Below are positions 25,505 to 37,690 of a stretch of DNA of 64,000 nucleotides, piece by piece (positions within the stretch are counted from its first letter, which is position 1; each line of letters begins with the position of its first letter). The notes beneath the pieces were generated by a model. The model saw only the letters and a program-made list of their open reading frames with translations, was not told where the DNA came from and made no database searches. A program made the translations under genes and the position numbers. This DNA is from Podarcis melisellensis (taxonomy: Eukaryota), in the NCBI GenBank assembly GCA_964234715.1, contig OZ174275.1; one strand, given 5' to 3'.

Positions 25505-25911
25505 TGGACCATAAAGAAGGCTGATCGCCGAAGAATTGATTCTTTTGAATTATGGTCTGGAGGAGACTCTTGAGAGTCCCATGGACTGCAAGAAGATCAA
25601 ACGCATCCATTCTTAAGGAAATTAGCCCTGAGTGCTCACTGGAAGGACAGATCGTGAAGCTGAGGCTCCAATACTTTGGCCACCTCATGAGAAGAGAAGA
25701 CTCCCTGGAAAAGATCCTGATGTTGGGAAAGATGGAGGGCACAAGGAGAAGGGGACGACAGAGGACGAGATGGTTGGACAGTGTTCTCAAAGCTACCAAC
25801 ATGAGTTTGACCAAACTGTGGGAGGCAGTGGAAGACAGGAGTGCCTGGCGTGCTCTGGTCCATGGGGTCATGAAGAGTCGGACACGGCTAAACGACTAAA
25901 CAACAACAACA
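25505..25911 (+). mobile_element. RTE-BovB LINE 3' fragment
   Basis: WRRLLRVPWTARRSN..ILKEISPECSLEG..LKLRLQYFGHLMRREDSLEK..RRRGRQRTRWLD is the characteristic BovB ORF C-terminus; (CAA)n tail. Confidence 0.9.
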
Positions 25912-27778
25912 CATTTTTTTATTTTTTTCAACATAAACCATTTGTGTTAATCTGGTTAGCATTTCCTATGCAGATCATAGTTTCTTCTTATTATAGGAGA
26001 CTGAAAGGGTTCTGTGGAGGAGCTGATCGCAACAATAGTCATGATGCATTGCAATCATTCCCCACAAGGATTGCCTGAAACGCCATATTATGCAAGTATT
26101 AAATGTTGGGGAAGAGCCTCTGCGCATGCACACACACACACACACACAGCAGATCTAGCCCCTGTAAGCATCCTCCATAAGGTAAGAGTAAGTAAACAGG
26201 GAAATTTGCAAACCTAACCTAGCAGCTGTTGCCTGGTAGGTACCTAGCAATATTTTCCCTTCTTCTTTCATGTTCCTTCTTTTGAGTCATCAACAAAGAG
26301 GTTTCCTCAAAGTTCCTATCACAGCTGCTTGCACACAACAAGCAAGCATTTTTTAAAAATCAATTTTATACTTAGCGTATTCATATATTACTTTCATTGC
26401 AATCTTACAGACCACTTAAAGCAAGTAATTTCAGAACAGCTGGGGAAATATATGTGCAAAATTAAAAATGCAGCCTGCTTTATTCTCTTCAATATAAGAG
26501 TGATATTAACAGTAATCTGTATTTCCCTTGTTACTCAGTGTAATAGTAGTAATTGATAAATAGCAAAAAAAAAAAAAAGCCAGTGAATTTGGTGCTGATT
26601 GTGCAGAAATGTAATATCCCAGGACAAGAATGTGAGAAACATATTCAAAGCTTTGGTTGGAGTTTCTCAGCTAGTCATATTATATGAGGCAGAAACCACA
26701 ACAGCATACGAATAGAAAATATGAGTACAAAATGAGCAACTTTTGTTCTTTCTTAAATAAAACTATTCACATGACATAAACACCCCCATAAATCACAGCC
26801 ATAAAACAAAAATGTTCAAGGCATATATATTACAGTATATCAAACTTCACTTGGTGACACCTGCAAGAAATAATAAAACATTCATATAGTCTTGGTAATA
26901 TTACACTTCATATTTTAACTGTGCTCTATGGGCATTTGTCAGGCATTGCAAAAATAGGCACCAATTTGTTTTCCCCATTGTCCTTGACTTCAAATCAGTC
27001 AGCTTTCTAGCACAGAAAGTGTAAGCATTATAAGCAACATACTCAGAGTAGACCCGTTGAAATCAATGGCCTTGACATCTGCTCTAGGTATGGATGTATA
27101 CACATTATGGTTAATTTTGGTTCCAGGGTGCTCCCACTGCCTGAAGCAGAATATGCAATATATTAGCCACAATCCATATCTATCCTGTAGTTCATTGGGA
27201 AATACTGCTGTTTGGTGTGTTTTGCCTCAAACCAACTTCCGTCCAATTTGAAAACGCAAGACATGGTTAACCTGAGTTGTGTATGGTTCAGATAGCCACC
27301 GAGCATGTGCAGATGGCAGTCTCCTTGAGCAGGAGTTTGCTGCAGGTAGAAGCTGCAGGCATGGGGGTGGGAGGAACCAGGCGATGAGCAGCAAGTGAAA
27401 GCCCACTCCCCACTCTCTGATGTGTACACCAAGTGCAAATGTGATTTGAAAAGCAGCAGGGGGAAATAAAGTGCACATAGCCTAGGACAAAGGCAGATAA
27501 CATGATATATCTACACACACACACACCTAGTAACTCAGAAAAGTTGTTGAGTTTTTTTGGCAAGGTTTTTGCAGAGAGAAACTTTTGAGCAATTTTTAAG
27601 GAAAACCACCAAAAATGACACTGCTGACATGGGCTGCCATACACCCAGATTTCCCCAGACATTTCAGCAATTTCAACCCACAAACTGATTCCGATGGCCG
27701 ATTCCTATCTATGTCCAGGAAATTCCAGATGTATGGCAACCCTAGACCTTTTACCTGCATTTGGGCAATAGAAGTCAG

Positions 27779-27967
27779 CAGTGCTTTTTTCGGGGGGCGG
27801 GGGGGGACACAGGACGCAGGGGTACACATACCCTTAAAATTTTTGTGAATCTTTGTACTTTTGTCCATTTACTGTATTTATATTTCCCAATTTGAACTAT
27901 CAAATGGTGACTTTCTGGAGTTAAAATGACAGTACCCCTAAACATTTTTTTAAGGAAAGAAGCACTG
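27779..27967. mobile_element. hAT-like MITE
   Basis: TIRs CAGTGCTTTTTT / AAAGAAGCACTG; degenerate 8-bp TSD gaagtcag/ggattcag. Confidence 0.55.
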
Positions 27968-29480
27968 GGATTCAGACAGGTAGTGCAATAACAGACAGTG
28001 CTGTGTGTCCTGAGCAGAAAATGAGCCTGTCCTTTTTCCTGGGCTGAGGTAATTAAAAATTATTCCTCACAAATTAGTACAGCGGTGGGCGTTCACTCTT
28101 ATCACATCAGAAGGAAGCAATGGCACTGCTTTCTGTGGCAGCAAGAACAAACATACTGCTAGGCAACCCCAGTTGAAGCAGCAGGATAATTGGGGCAGCT
28201 TCATGTACAGTACCTCTTCTTCCCGGTGCCCTTAAGGCCATTTTGAAACTTAGTTGGTTAAGATTCCGCTTGGAAGGCATAAAGCAGGTGCAGTAATGTC
28301 CCTTAAATGTGAAGGTTTAAGACATTGTTTCTCTGAGCAACTGTCTGGGTTGCTTAGGCAGTGAGGCTGGTTGTGAATAGAGGGGAAATCCAGTTCCCTG
28401 GGCACCCCCTCCAATCTCTCCACAATGCCAATGGTGGACACCAAAGGATGATGTAAGCCACTTTGTTCTCTTAGTTCTCTATGTTGTGCTCAGCTGTGCT
28501 GGAAATGATGTTTGAGTCCAGTTTTTCCGTGCTGGACTTCCTAGTGCTGCAAGTGCTCCGTATCACTGGTTATATTCTAAACAACATGTAAGGCTTCAAG
28601 CTCTTTTTGGAAACTGTGCCTTCTGTAGTTGCTTGGTCATGAGCAGAAGCAACACTGAATAGAGGCACATTTTGTAGTTAGGTGATCTCTGATTTTTGTA
28701 TGGTTTTTGTTTGTGGTTTTACTTGTGATGACTGTAATCTGCTTTGCTTTTTTATGAGTAGCAGTATATAAATATTTTGTTATAAATGAATACATCAGTT
28801 TTTAATATTATTATTTCAACACACACTAGATATTGCGCCAATGTCATAGTCATGAATTTCTCAAACCATCTTAATGAAGCTTTGTCTTGTTTTATATTTC
28901 CTAGTACCCTGACATATCTGAAGCACAATGACTATGTATATGGGGAAACAGACAGAAGCATCTTCTTCTTTTAAGTATCACTCCAGCAGCTCAGAAAAAC
29001 AGGAAACATCATCAAGTTTGCAAACTTTCTTACTGTGAAATTTCAATTTTGTATTACTTGTTTAGTTTCTGAGAGCAGGGGGAGTGAAGCGGCATGGCTA
29101 CATCTATTGTTACCATATGTTTCTTATTGTTATTTACAGAAAATATACCTAGCATGTTATAATTATTTGCTGTGTAGAATAAACTTTGTCCCAAAATATT
29201 GTGATGCTTGCATTCTCCAAAACCGGATTAGGAGGATATAATATTGGTTATACAGAGTGGGTTCAATAGTTAGTAGCCCATATTTCACAGATATCTATCT
29301 GTGTACATATATAGAATAAAAGAATGGGGTGAAAGGGACCCCAAGGCTCATATATTTTACACTGGTTGCTGCGGCCTTGACAAATAATCAGAATTCTCCA
29401 AGGCAGTGCATTCAGTGATCACGTGAAACTGTGGCTGCAACATCTAGCTACATTTTGGACATATTCAAATCATAACAACG

Positions 29481-29597
29481 GGTTGTATCTAACTAAGTTA
29501 TACTCAAAGTAGACTCACTGAAATGAAAGGGCCTAATTTGTCCATGCCCATGATTATCAGCAGATCTACTCTGAGTAGAACTAACATTGGCTACAAC
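29481..29597. mobile_element. Old palindromic MITE
   Basis: gttgtatctaa...tactcaaagtagac pairs with atctactctgagta...ttggctacaac. Confidence 0.55.
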
Positions 29598-30539
29598 TTA
29601 ATGTATTACAATCACCAGGCTACAGTTAAACTTGGGGTGGCTATAGATGACCTTTTACCAAGTAGTCAAATGGGAATACCGTCACCTGAGACAATGGCAG
29701 CTGATCAGGAGTGTGTGGCACTGGGAGTTTCCTAAAATTCAGCACATCTCCGCCAGATGCCAAAGATTGGCTCCCTGCATGACTGAATACTACACACACT
29801 GCATACAAGCCACTACCATATGACAAACAGTTTTATCCCATAATATATCCAGACGGACTAGTTAGCTAGTCGTTTTGCTCTGGGACACATGCTACAGTTT
29901 TGTGGTTACTTTCATAGAATTTAAGTTGCCCAGCTTGGCTTTCCATCATGTACCGTACCCACTTTGAGACCCGTATAATTGTTACGAATCAAAAATCAAT
30001 CGTGGTGGCACAGTTCACCTTTCTACCTTTATGAGAAAACAGTCAAACTATGTAGCAACCACTCAACCACTAATGGCCATAAAGAATTTGGACCACAATG
30101 TTCCGCAATCCTTGCCTCAGGGGGTAACGAGTAAGGAAGTGCGCCACCTTTTGGATTATCTGTGCCACTTCAGTGCATAGTTTTTCTCATTTGAGTGTCG
30201 ACTTTGTCCATACTTAACCTTTGGAATCAGAGACACTCTTAGGTACATACAAAACGTACACGTCAGTGCAGATATATAAGGTCAGATGAGCAACCAGATT
30301 TGTTGCAAGCGCTTACTACAGGCACAGTGGAAGAGTGTGATATGAAGAATTAACACTCTCCTGGTGAGAAAAGAGTGCTCATAAATTTGATGAGACTGTT
30401 CTAGTTATGAGCACACAAGGTAGCTTAAACTACTAATTAAATAGGAAAAATCGTATGATCTGCTCTTGTATCTTCACTAGGCAGAAATCAACAGGTGACG
30501 CTGTTTGCAGCATAAATATCTAGGGCCTGAGGTGGCCCT

Positions 30540-30612
30540 GGTTTACAAAGCCCTGTACAGCTTTGGACTAGGATATCTGAAAAGGATATATACCCCTTAT
30601 ATAGCCAGCCAA
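30540..30612 (+). mobile_element. L2-like LINE remnant
   Basis: Translates VYKALYSFGLGYLK, resembling the L2 ORF2 C-terminal YKAL.GLGP.YL motif. Confidence 0.45.
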
Positions 30613-30682
30613 TAGGACGCCTTCCTATGATATATCAAACAGGTGCCATCTTTACTGTCTTCTGTCTTTTCAATGGCTGTTG

Positions 30683-30829
30683 TATCGCTTCATCAATCAA
30701 TCTTTATTGATTGTCAAAGACCAGACAGCAAAATTAACAACAAAGCAATATATACTACATCAGCACCAAGGGGCGGACACAGTACATGAAATTGAAAATT
30801 CCCTCTATTTGCATTAAAAATAGCACTTC
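30683..30829 (-). mobile_element. Short non-LTR retroelement 3' end
   Basis: 13-bp TSD TCAATGGCTGTTG (30670-30682 and 30830-30842); minus strand ends AATAAAGATTGATTGATG. Confidence 0.55.
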
Positions 30830-32072
30830 TCAATGGCTGTTGAAGACCTTCCTTTCCCAGCAAGCCTTTTAAGTGGATATTTTTTTTTAACCCAGTCTGC
30901 ATCTGAATTTAAATGTTGTTGTTTTTAAATTGCTAAATCACTTCAGTGTATTTTAAGTCAAGTGATTCATATATGTGTATATACCAGTATATAACCACTT
31001 GCTAATGCCTACGTTTCAAACAGCAGTTAAACACAGTTACAGAGGAAGATGAGAAACCAGAAAGCTCTAGGCATCACTATGCAGTGGTTTGTTTGTTTTT
31101 TGACAATGGTATACTCTGGTACAGAGTATCAGTTTCTTTTTTATAGCAGAGATGTGGACCACCCATCAAATCATCTGATGAAATCCCAACAACAGGTGAT
31201 TGACATTTGGGTGGTGGAGGAAGATAGCAAGCAGAATTGAACTCTCCATGCATCACCTGATGGGCAGAGAGTTCACTGTCAGTGTCATTTGCTGCAGTTT
31301 TGGGGTGAATGAGTTCCCTGCAGGGGATTCCCTCATGCACTCAAACTGAGCAGAATTGAACCTTTCACTCACCAGCTGATGGGCAGACTGCTCAGTCCTG
31401 TTTTCCGCAGGCTTTAAGCACGTGAATCAGACTTTGGGTGCTGGCACCTCTTTATTTATTTCTTATTATTTTCAAAAATCACATCTGAAGTCTTCTATCT
31501 TCTAGCTTCTTCCTGTTCCATTTGGACTAAAATGTTTCCTATTTCTTTTGAGGTCTGAGCTTTGTTAACACTGCAATCAGATTGTGTATTGCTGGCTATT
31601 TCTGAGTATAACCACCTCTGGTATATTCCCACGGGGAAGCCACAAAAGGGATGTGATAGTGTGAGTTGCTTGGCTCTCATGCTGTTGACTCATGGAGCCG
31701 CTGTTATGAATACTTTAACACATGTCCAGATTGCAGGCCACCCCTTCCTTCTTTCAAAACTTTCCAAATATATGGTTAAATCAGGATGCGATATTGAGCA
31801 CATACACCCTTGCATAATACCGTAATGCATGAAAAGATGTGTGAGTCACTTCTACTTTCTCTATCACCCTTCCTTGTAATTTGCAAGCTGGCCTTTATGA
31901 TGGCTGACCTTTTGAGAACATGGAAGGGGAACCCATAGCCCTCCAAGATGGTTTTGGATTGCAACTCCTATCAGCCCCTGCCAGCATAGCTAATGGGCAG
32001 GGATGATGGGAGCTGTAGCCTAGAAACATTTAAAGGGCCACAGGTTTCCTAGCCCGGTATGATAATCTAAGT

Positions 32073-32208
32073 CAGGCTTCCTCAACCTTGGCCCTCCAGA
32101 TGTTTCTGGCCTACAACTCCCATGTTCCCTAGCTAGCAGGATCAGTGGTCAGGGATGATGGGAATTGTAGTCTCAAAACATCTGGAGGGCCAAGGTTGAG
32201 GAAGCCTG
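32073..32208. mobile_element. Young palindromic hAT MITE (older relatives near 13390, 16010, 21659, 31920, 46730, 56000)
   Basis: Perfect 33-bp TIRs CAGGCTTCCTCAACCTTGGCCCTCCAGATGTTT; perfect 8-bp TSD ATCTAAGT. Confidence 0.9.
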
Positions 32209-33606
32209 ATCTAAGTGTAGCCTATACAGTACTCTGTCTCCTCTGATTTCACTGCCATTTTTGTAATGTGAGGCAGCAGAACGTAAATATCACTGAATGA
32301 TGTAAACATGCATGTATTAACATGTTTTTTACCCTGTACCTGCTATTCCAAAATATCTTTAAGATAGCTAAGAACAATATCAATAAAAATAAGTAATATT
32401 AAAAAATATTATACAATAAATATATCCAGCATCTCAAAACATAACTGAGTATGTGACATAAACCTAAACAGTGACATAAGCATAACTAGGGAATGAAACC
32501 ATATCGGTTATTCTGGAATACCACACACTGAAGAGTCTGGATTTTTATTCATTTTATTTCACATTTTCAGGTCATAATATAAAGCAGGAGAGAGGGACAT
32601 TATATATTAGATGAGATGAGAAATAAAGCAAAATTAATTAAGCATAAATCAGTGAGAATCAATTTCATTAAAACTTGTCAGTTGACTCAATGAATAAAAT
32701 AATGACTAAGTACAGCCCATAACTTTACATAGCTCAGCTTAAAATTCCATTATACCAATTACAGTTTTTATAAGTAACTATTAATCATAACGAATACATT
32801 AAAATTAAAATATTTGAAAAAATCAAGCTTCTCCAGCAGAGCTATTTACCTTACAAATTTGCCTTATAAAATCTTGCTTGTACATTGGTTAGTGCCATTT
32901 CTGAAGGTAACGACTTTTCACGATATCTTGATATCCTCATTAAAAAGCTATATTTTGACACATCAACCATTTTTATAAACAGACCAACAGCAGAACAGTT
33001 ACAAATGATTAATCTTCGCCCAATGTGGTATAAATTAAATAAAGTCACAAAAAGTGAAAAAATAATCTGTTCTATTTTAGTGTTTATTCAAGAGGTGGTC
33101 CCCTTGCTTCAGATTATTTGATCAATTAGTGTGGCACAATATTTGATAAAAGTGAAAATGAACAGGAAGAAAAAACTTCAGGACCTAGGCTGGCATCAGT
33201 ACCTGGCATCCTTGGGTAGCAGTCATACCACTACTGATGTTTACACTGTTCCAACTCCCTTAATTGGGATGGGGGGAATGCTCCAAGCAGCCCCAAGTGG
33301 CTGGACCTAGCCACCCTGTTCATTTCCCACAATGCACCAGATCTAGCATCATTCTGGGGCACTGTGGTAAACTAGAGAGTAGCCGGACACATTCATCAGG
33401 TGCTGCTTGGTGCACTGTCACAGCAACCAGCTATGCCCACAATGGAGAAGGGGACCAAAAGTGGACATATTGTCCAGAGGTACCTCAAAGCTGGATCTGG
33501 CCCTGTTTAGGACCATATCACAAATTATGTATGAGGAGTACATGCAGTGTTTCCTATAAGATGTGATGCAAGTACACATTTGAAGCTAGCTTTTCAGATA
33601 CACACA

Positions 33607-33770
33607 CATGGGCACAGCCAGGATTTTTGTTGGGGGGCCAGGACTTTTGTTGGGGGGCCAGGACTTTTGTTGGGGAGCAAAACCGAAGTGATTAGTCAGT
33701 TAGTTATGTATTTCTATTGTTTTACTTGACTGGGGGGCAGCTGCCCCCCTGCCCCCTGGCTATGCCCATG
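33607..33770. mobile_element. hAT-like MITE
   Basis: TIRs CATGGGCACAGCCAGG / CCTGGCTATGCCCATG (15/16); perfect 8-bp TSD TACACACA; internal GCCAGGA(C/T)TTTTGTTGGGG x3. Confidence 0.8.
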
Positions 33771-34639
33771 TACACACACTGAAACAAAGAGGTATGCTCA
33801 GTTCACCAATGTATTAACTAATCTGCAATATGGGAAACAGCCCTGAACTACCCAGTTATTACTGCCTAAGTTGCAGTCCTGTTCTCTGCAGAGAGGCATC
33901 CAAACCCGTGTACTGTATTCCAGTGGGCTCCTTATGCATGCATCTGCAAAGCAATGGACTGAATGTCTGTTGGGCGTTCTCTACAACTACTTTCTTCCTG
34001 GACTCGAGTCTTGCATGCATACCTAGAGATTAGCTCAGTGCAACAAGTGTTTAACTGGCAGTCATAAACGCTCATTAAACTGGATGATATCCTGGGTAGT
34101 ACAGGCTAGGAGGAAATGAATACCTACTGATTTTTATACTCAGTAGAAAGCATTTGCCACTAGCTTAAAGGAAGAAAAGTATGAGGAAATCATGTCATCT
34201 TTGTATCACATCTCTCGTTCATGGATAAACTAAAGGAAAGCCCCTTCCTGTAAGAAACAGAGTATATTAAATGTAAGGAATTCAAATCCCTAAGAACACA
34301 TCCCTGAGTGTGTGAGACTCCAAAGATTCGTCATAAGCTTCCATCCTGTTTTCACCATGCAACCTTATGCATGTCTACTCATAAGTAAATCCCAGTGTGA
34401 TCAACAGGGCTCGCTTGCTAGCAAGTGTGTTTATGATGGCAGCCTGAATGCAGCAATACATTAAGGAGAGTGCCCTTATAAATCTGACGGACATTCCTTT
34501 CTTTTCCCTCCAGGGTTGCTGTTGCTTTGGGCAGGTGGGGCGGTGGTCCTGCCTGACAAGCACATGGCTGCCTCTTCAGGATGCAACTTCTGACCTACTA
34601 TTTTGAATGAAAGCAGGTGGAGTCAAACAACTGGCAACT

Positions 34640-35660
34640 CCGGGGGCTCATCCAGCCTCTTTGGCTCATCGGTTATCAGTGCAACTCCCCCAACCCTTGG
34701 CTAGAAGCAGGCATTTCTGGCAGCCGTGAAGGAAAGAGGCAGCGAGAGAAAGGACGGGAGCCAGCGGGTGGGTCGTGGCCAATAATTGGGAGTAAGAGAA
34801 TAATGGCGGGCCCTTGAAAGAAACTGGAAGGAATTTCTGCGTGTGTGACCCCGCGTCTGCTCCCCTTCCCACGTTCCGTGCCATGCTTGCCCAAACTTTG
34901 GAAGCACAACAACCCCATAACCAGGCGCAGCCCCAAGTGCCTTGGCAACCTCCGCAGCCCCTTCCCTCTTTATTAAGAGGGGTCTATATGTTTAAGGACC
35001 TCGTTTCGTCCTGCCGAAAGCCGGCCCCACCCACCCTGGGGCCCTCAGCCAATGAAAGGGCTGCTTCTGCCACTCGGCGCCCTTTTTTTGCAGGGAGCCT
35101 CGCGCGGGCGGCGTGGCGCGAGGAAGGCAGCTCCTGCCGGGAAGCGGCTCCCACCGGCCGCTGCAGCGCCACGCCGAAGCGCCGCCCCTGGCCGTGAGGC
35201 CCCCACTGCGGACGGGCACCCGCCGGTGGCAGCTCCTGCCGCGGAGGAAGGGGCCGAGCGGCTCCCCGGGGAGTCCAGGGCAGGCGCCCCTGAGGGCTCT
35301 CTCCCTCTTTCCGTGGGCCTGGGGTGGGGCGTCGAGGGGGGAAGCGAGTCGACGTTTCCTCAGGGACGGGAGGCTCTCAACGGTTGGTTTGTAGGTTTCT
35401 TCTTCTGTTTGGTTGTAATATGCCCCATACCTGCCACTCTTGAGGGAAGTTGGTTCCTCGTGGCGCCTTCTTTACCGGTTTGGGATACACCTTTAAAAAG
35501 GCACATTTCGAAGCGCGTTCTTCCCCTTGAATAATTCTGGGCCCCGCAGATTAAGGGTTGCTGGGACTACAGGCCCCAGAATTCTTTGAGCGGTGGGGAA
35601 ACGGGCTTCAGATGTGTGGGGCGTCTGCAGCCCTCGTTGCCTTGAAGGCCCAAGGCGGTG
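34640..35660 (+). promoter_or_regulatory. BTBD18: CpG island / BTBD18 promoter and probable non-coding exon 1
   Basis: CpG island about 3.5 kb upstream of the first coding exon, which is preceded by a splice acceptor (ccccacag|38871), so an upstream exon is required. CCAAT boxes, ATGGCG, GC boxes. Candidate donor GCC|GTGAGG at 35194 (uncertain). Confidence 0.7.
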
Positions 35661-36744
35661 GAAAGGTGAAATCCATTTTTAATACACAGCAGTGTAACAA
35701 AAATATCGCCACTTGACATGTAGAATTACAATGAAATAAAACCAGATACTACTGGCCTGGGGGTTAAGCAGTTTAAAATTATCTGTTTAGGATAGTTTAG
35801 AATTAAACTGGTATCCTAAATAGAAGCTGAATGAAGCTTTTTGGGTAGAAAATTAGCTGCTGTTCATTTTCTGATGGTCAGTTGTTTTTGGTGAGTGGGT
35901 AAAAAGCTTACATGCAGAACGAGGGCTTTAGCCTGTTGAATTTTGGCCTGTTAGCTGATAAAGGCTTTGGAACTCTACCCAGAACAACAATTAGGGTGTG
36001 TACTCAAGATCGCTTGCAGTATCATCCTATGCATGTCAACCCAGAAATAACTTGCATTGAGGGAAGTGGGTTTTACTCCTAGGTACGTTTGTAAAGTAGT
36101 AACCAATCTATACTAAGGCTGAAATTCTAAACACAGTTTAGTAGTTCCCTTGTTCTCACAATCAGGATTGGAGCAAAGGTAGATTTTGGTTACCCTTTGA
36201 TGTGTATTTGTTTAAAGCTGAGGATTCTGCTTCATGTTGGTGTTTGTGTGGTGCCATGGGGAGAAAGAGCAGGTGTTTTGCATGAATGCAGAGTCAAAGG
36301 GTGTGATCTTGTTAGGAGTCGAGTATTAGGCATACTAATATGTACTCAAACCCCTCCATGTGAAAGTTTCTCAGCTGGGGCTGGGTTGCTGCTTTCCTGT
36401 CTGCCTTAAATTATATACATAATCCACAATAAGATTAAAGAACATATGGTAAATACCCTTTCACTTTAAAACACAATGATAACCAGCAAGATTCCAGCTA
36501 AAATAGCTGTAAGATCCACAACAGTAAGATCCACCTACATGTCTACAAGAGTAAAAATGTTTTCATCTGGCACCAAAAAGTTATCAGTGTTGGCCCTAGG
36601 AAAGCTTTCCTTGGTTGGGGATATGATTCCACAAGGTTGCCACCAAAAACAGCTAGTTCTCTTGCTACCACCCTCTGGACTTCTGAAGGAGACACCAGAG
36701 AATGTGTGACTTGACCTGTGTAAGTGTAAAACTAGCACTTAGAT

Positions 36745-36993
36745 CATGGGTAGGCAAACTAAGGCCCAGGGGCCGGATCCGGCCCAATAGCCTTCTAAAT
36801 CCAGCCTGCAGATGCTCCAGGAATCAGTGTGTTTTTACATGAGTAGAATGTGTCCTTTTATTTAAAATGCATCTCTGGGTTATTTGTGGGGCACAGAAAT
36901 TAATTCATTCCCCCCCCCCCATATAGTCCAGCCCTCCACAAGGTCTGAGGGGCAGTGGACTGGCCCCCTGCTGAAAAAGTGTGCTGACCTCTG
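36745..36993 (+). mobile_element. hAT (Charlie-like) MITE, copy 1
   Basis: TIRs CATGGGTAGGCAAAC / GTGTGCTGACCTCTG; highly similar to 57748-58000; TSD acttagat/tcctagat. Confidence 0.75.
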
Positions 36994-37072
36994 TCCTAGA
37001 TCTACATAATGGCTTATGAAAAGATAGGAGATGGCAAAGTTCTGGTTTCCCCAACTGAGAAAGGATATTGTG

Positions 37073-37210
37073 GCACCAGATAGCTCAGCTGGTAGAACAT
37101 GAGACTCTTAATCTCAGGGTCGTGGTTTGTGCCCCATGTTGGGCAAAAGTTTCCTGCATTGCAGATTGGGTTTGATTACTTTCATGGTCCCTCCCAACTC
37201 TGATTCTATG
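37073..37210 (+). mobile_element. tRNA(Lys)-derived SINE with CR1-like tail
   Basis: gatagctcagctggtagaacatgagactcttaatctcagggtcgtgg head; ...ccaactctgattctatg tail. Confidence 0.65.
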
Positions 37211-37632
37211 GAGAAGTTGCATGAAAGCACAGCCCAAACGACCATGGGGGTGAAGCACCTTCCTTATGAAGAAAAGTTACAATATTTGGGGATTTTAGTT
37301 TTGAAGTAAGACATGATGTAGTCGGCTGTGACAGGTCTATAACATTATTGCTAAGGGAGAGAGCGGATTTAGAAGTTTTTATTCCTTTTACATAACAGAG
37401 CATTGTAGAATCATAGAGTATCAGCTCATAACATCAGCAATATACCATGACTGTTAGCAGCAGATGAAACTGGCATATAATGCAGGATTGGCAAAAGAGA
37501 GACTTGTTTCACGTGGTGCACAATTAGTGTATAGAATTTATTGCTATAAAATGAGGTAGCGACTAGTTTAGATGGCTTTAAAAGGGGGTTAGAAAACTGG
37601 ATGAGATTTCCTTTGGCTACTAGTAATGATAG

Positions 37633-37635
<3 letters not shown>

Positions 37636-37683
<48 letters not shown>

Positions 37684-37690
37684 CGCACAC
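37636..37690. repeat. (TG)n(CG)n(CA)n compound repeat
   Basis: Direct reading; uninterrupted purine-pyrimidine alternation. Confidence 0.95.

Noticed and set aside
30190-30261. C2H2-finger-like translation FECRLCPYLTFGIRDTLRYIQNVH
   Set aside because: First His is Tyr, bounded by stops, single unit, no convincing splice context.
30312-30420. H/ACA snoRNA-like layout (hairpin-AGAAAA-hairpin-ACA)
   Set aside because: Hairpins too short, no proper pseudouridylation pockets, and no plus-strand host intron; probably chance.
37073-37143. tRNA-Lys gene
   Set aside because: T-arm/B box degenerate and followed by a CR1-like tail, so it is a SINE head.
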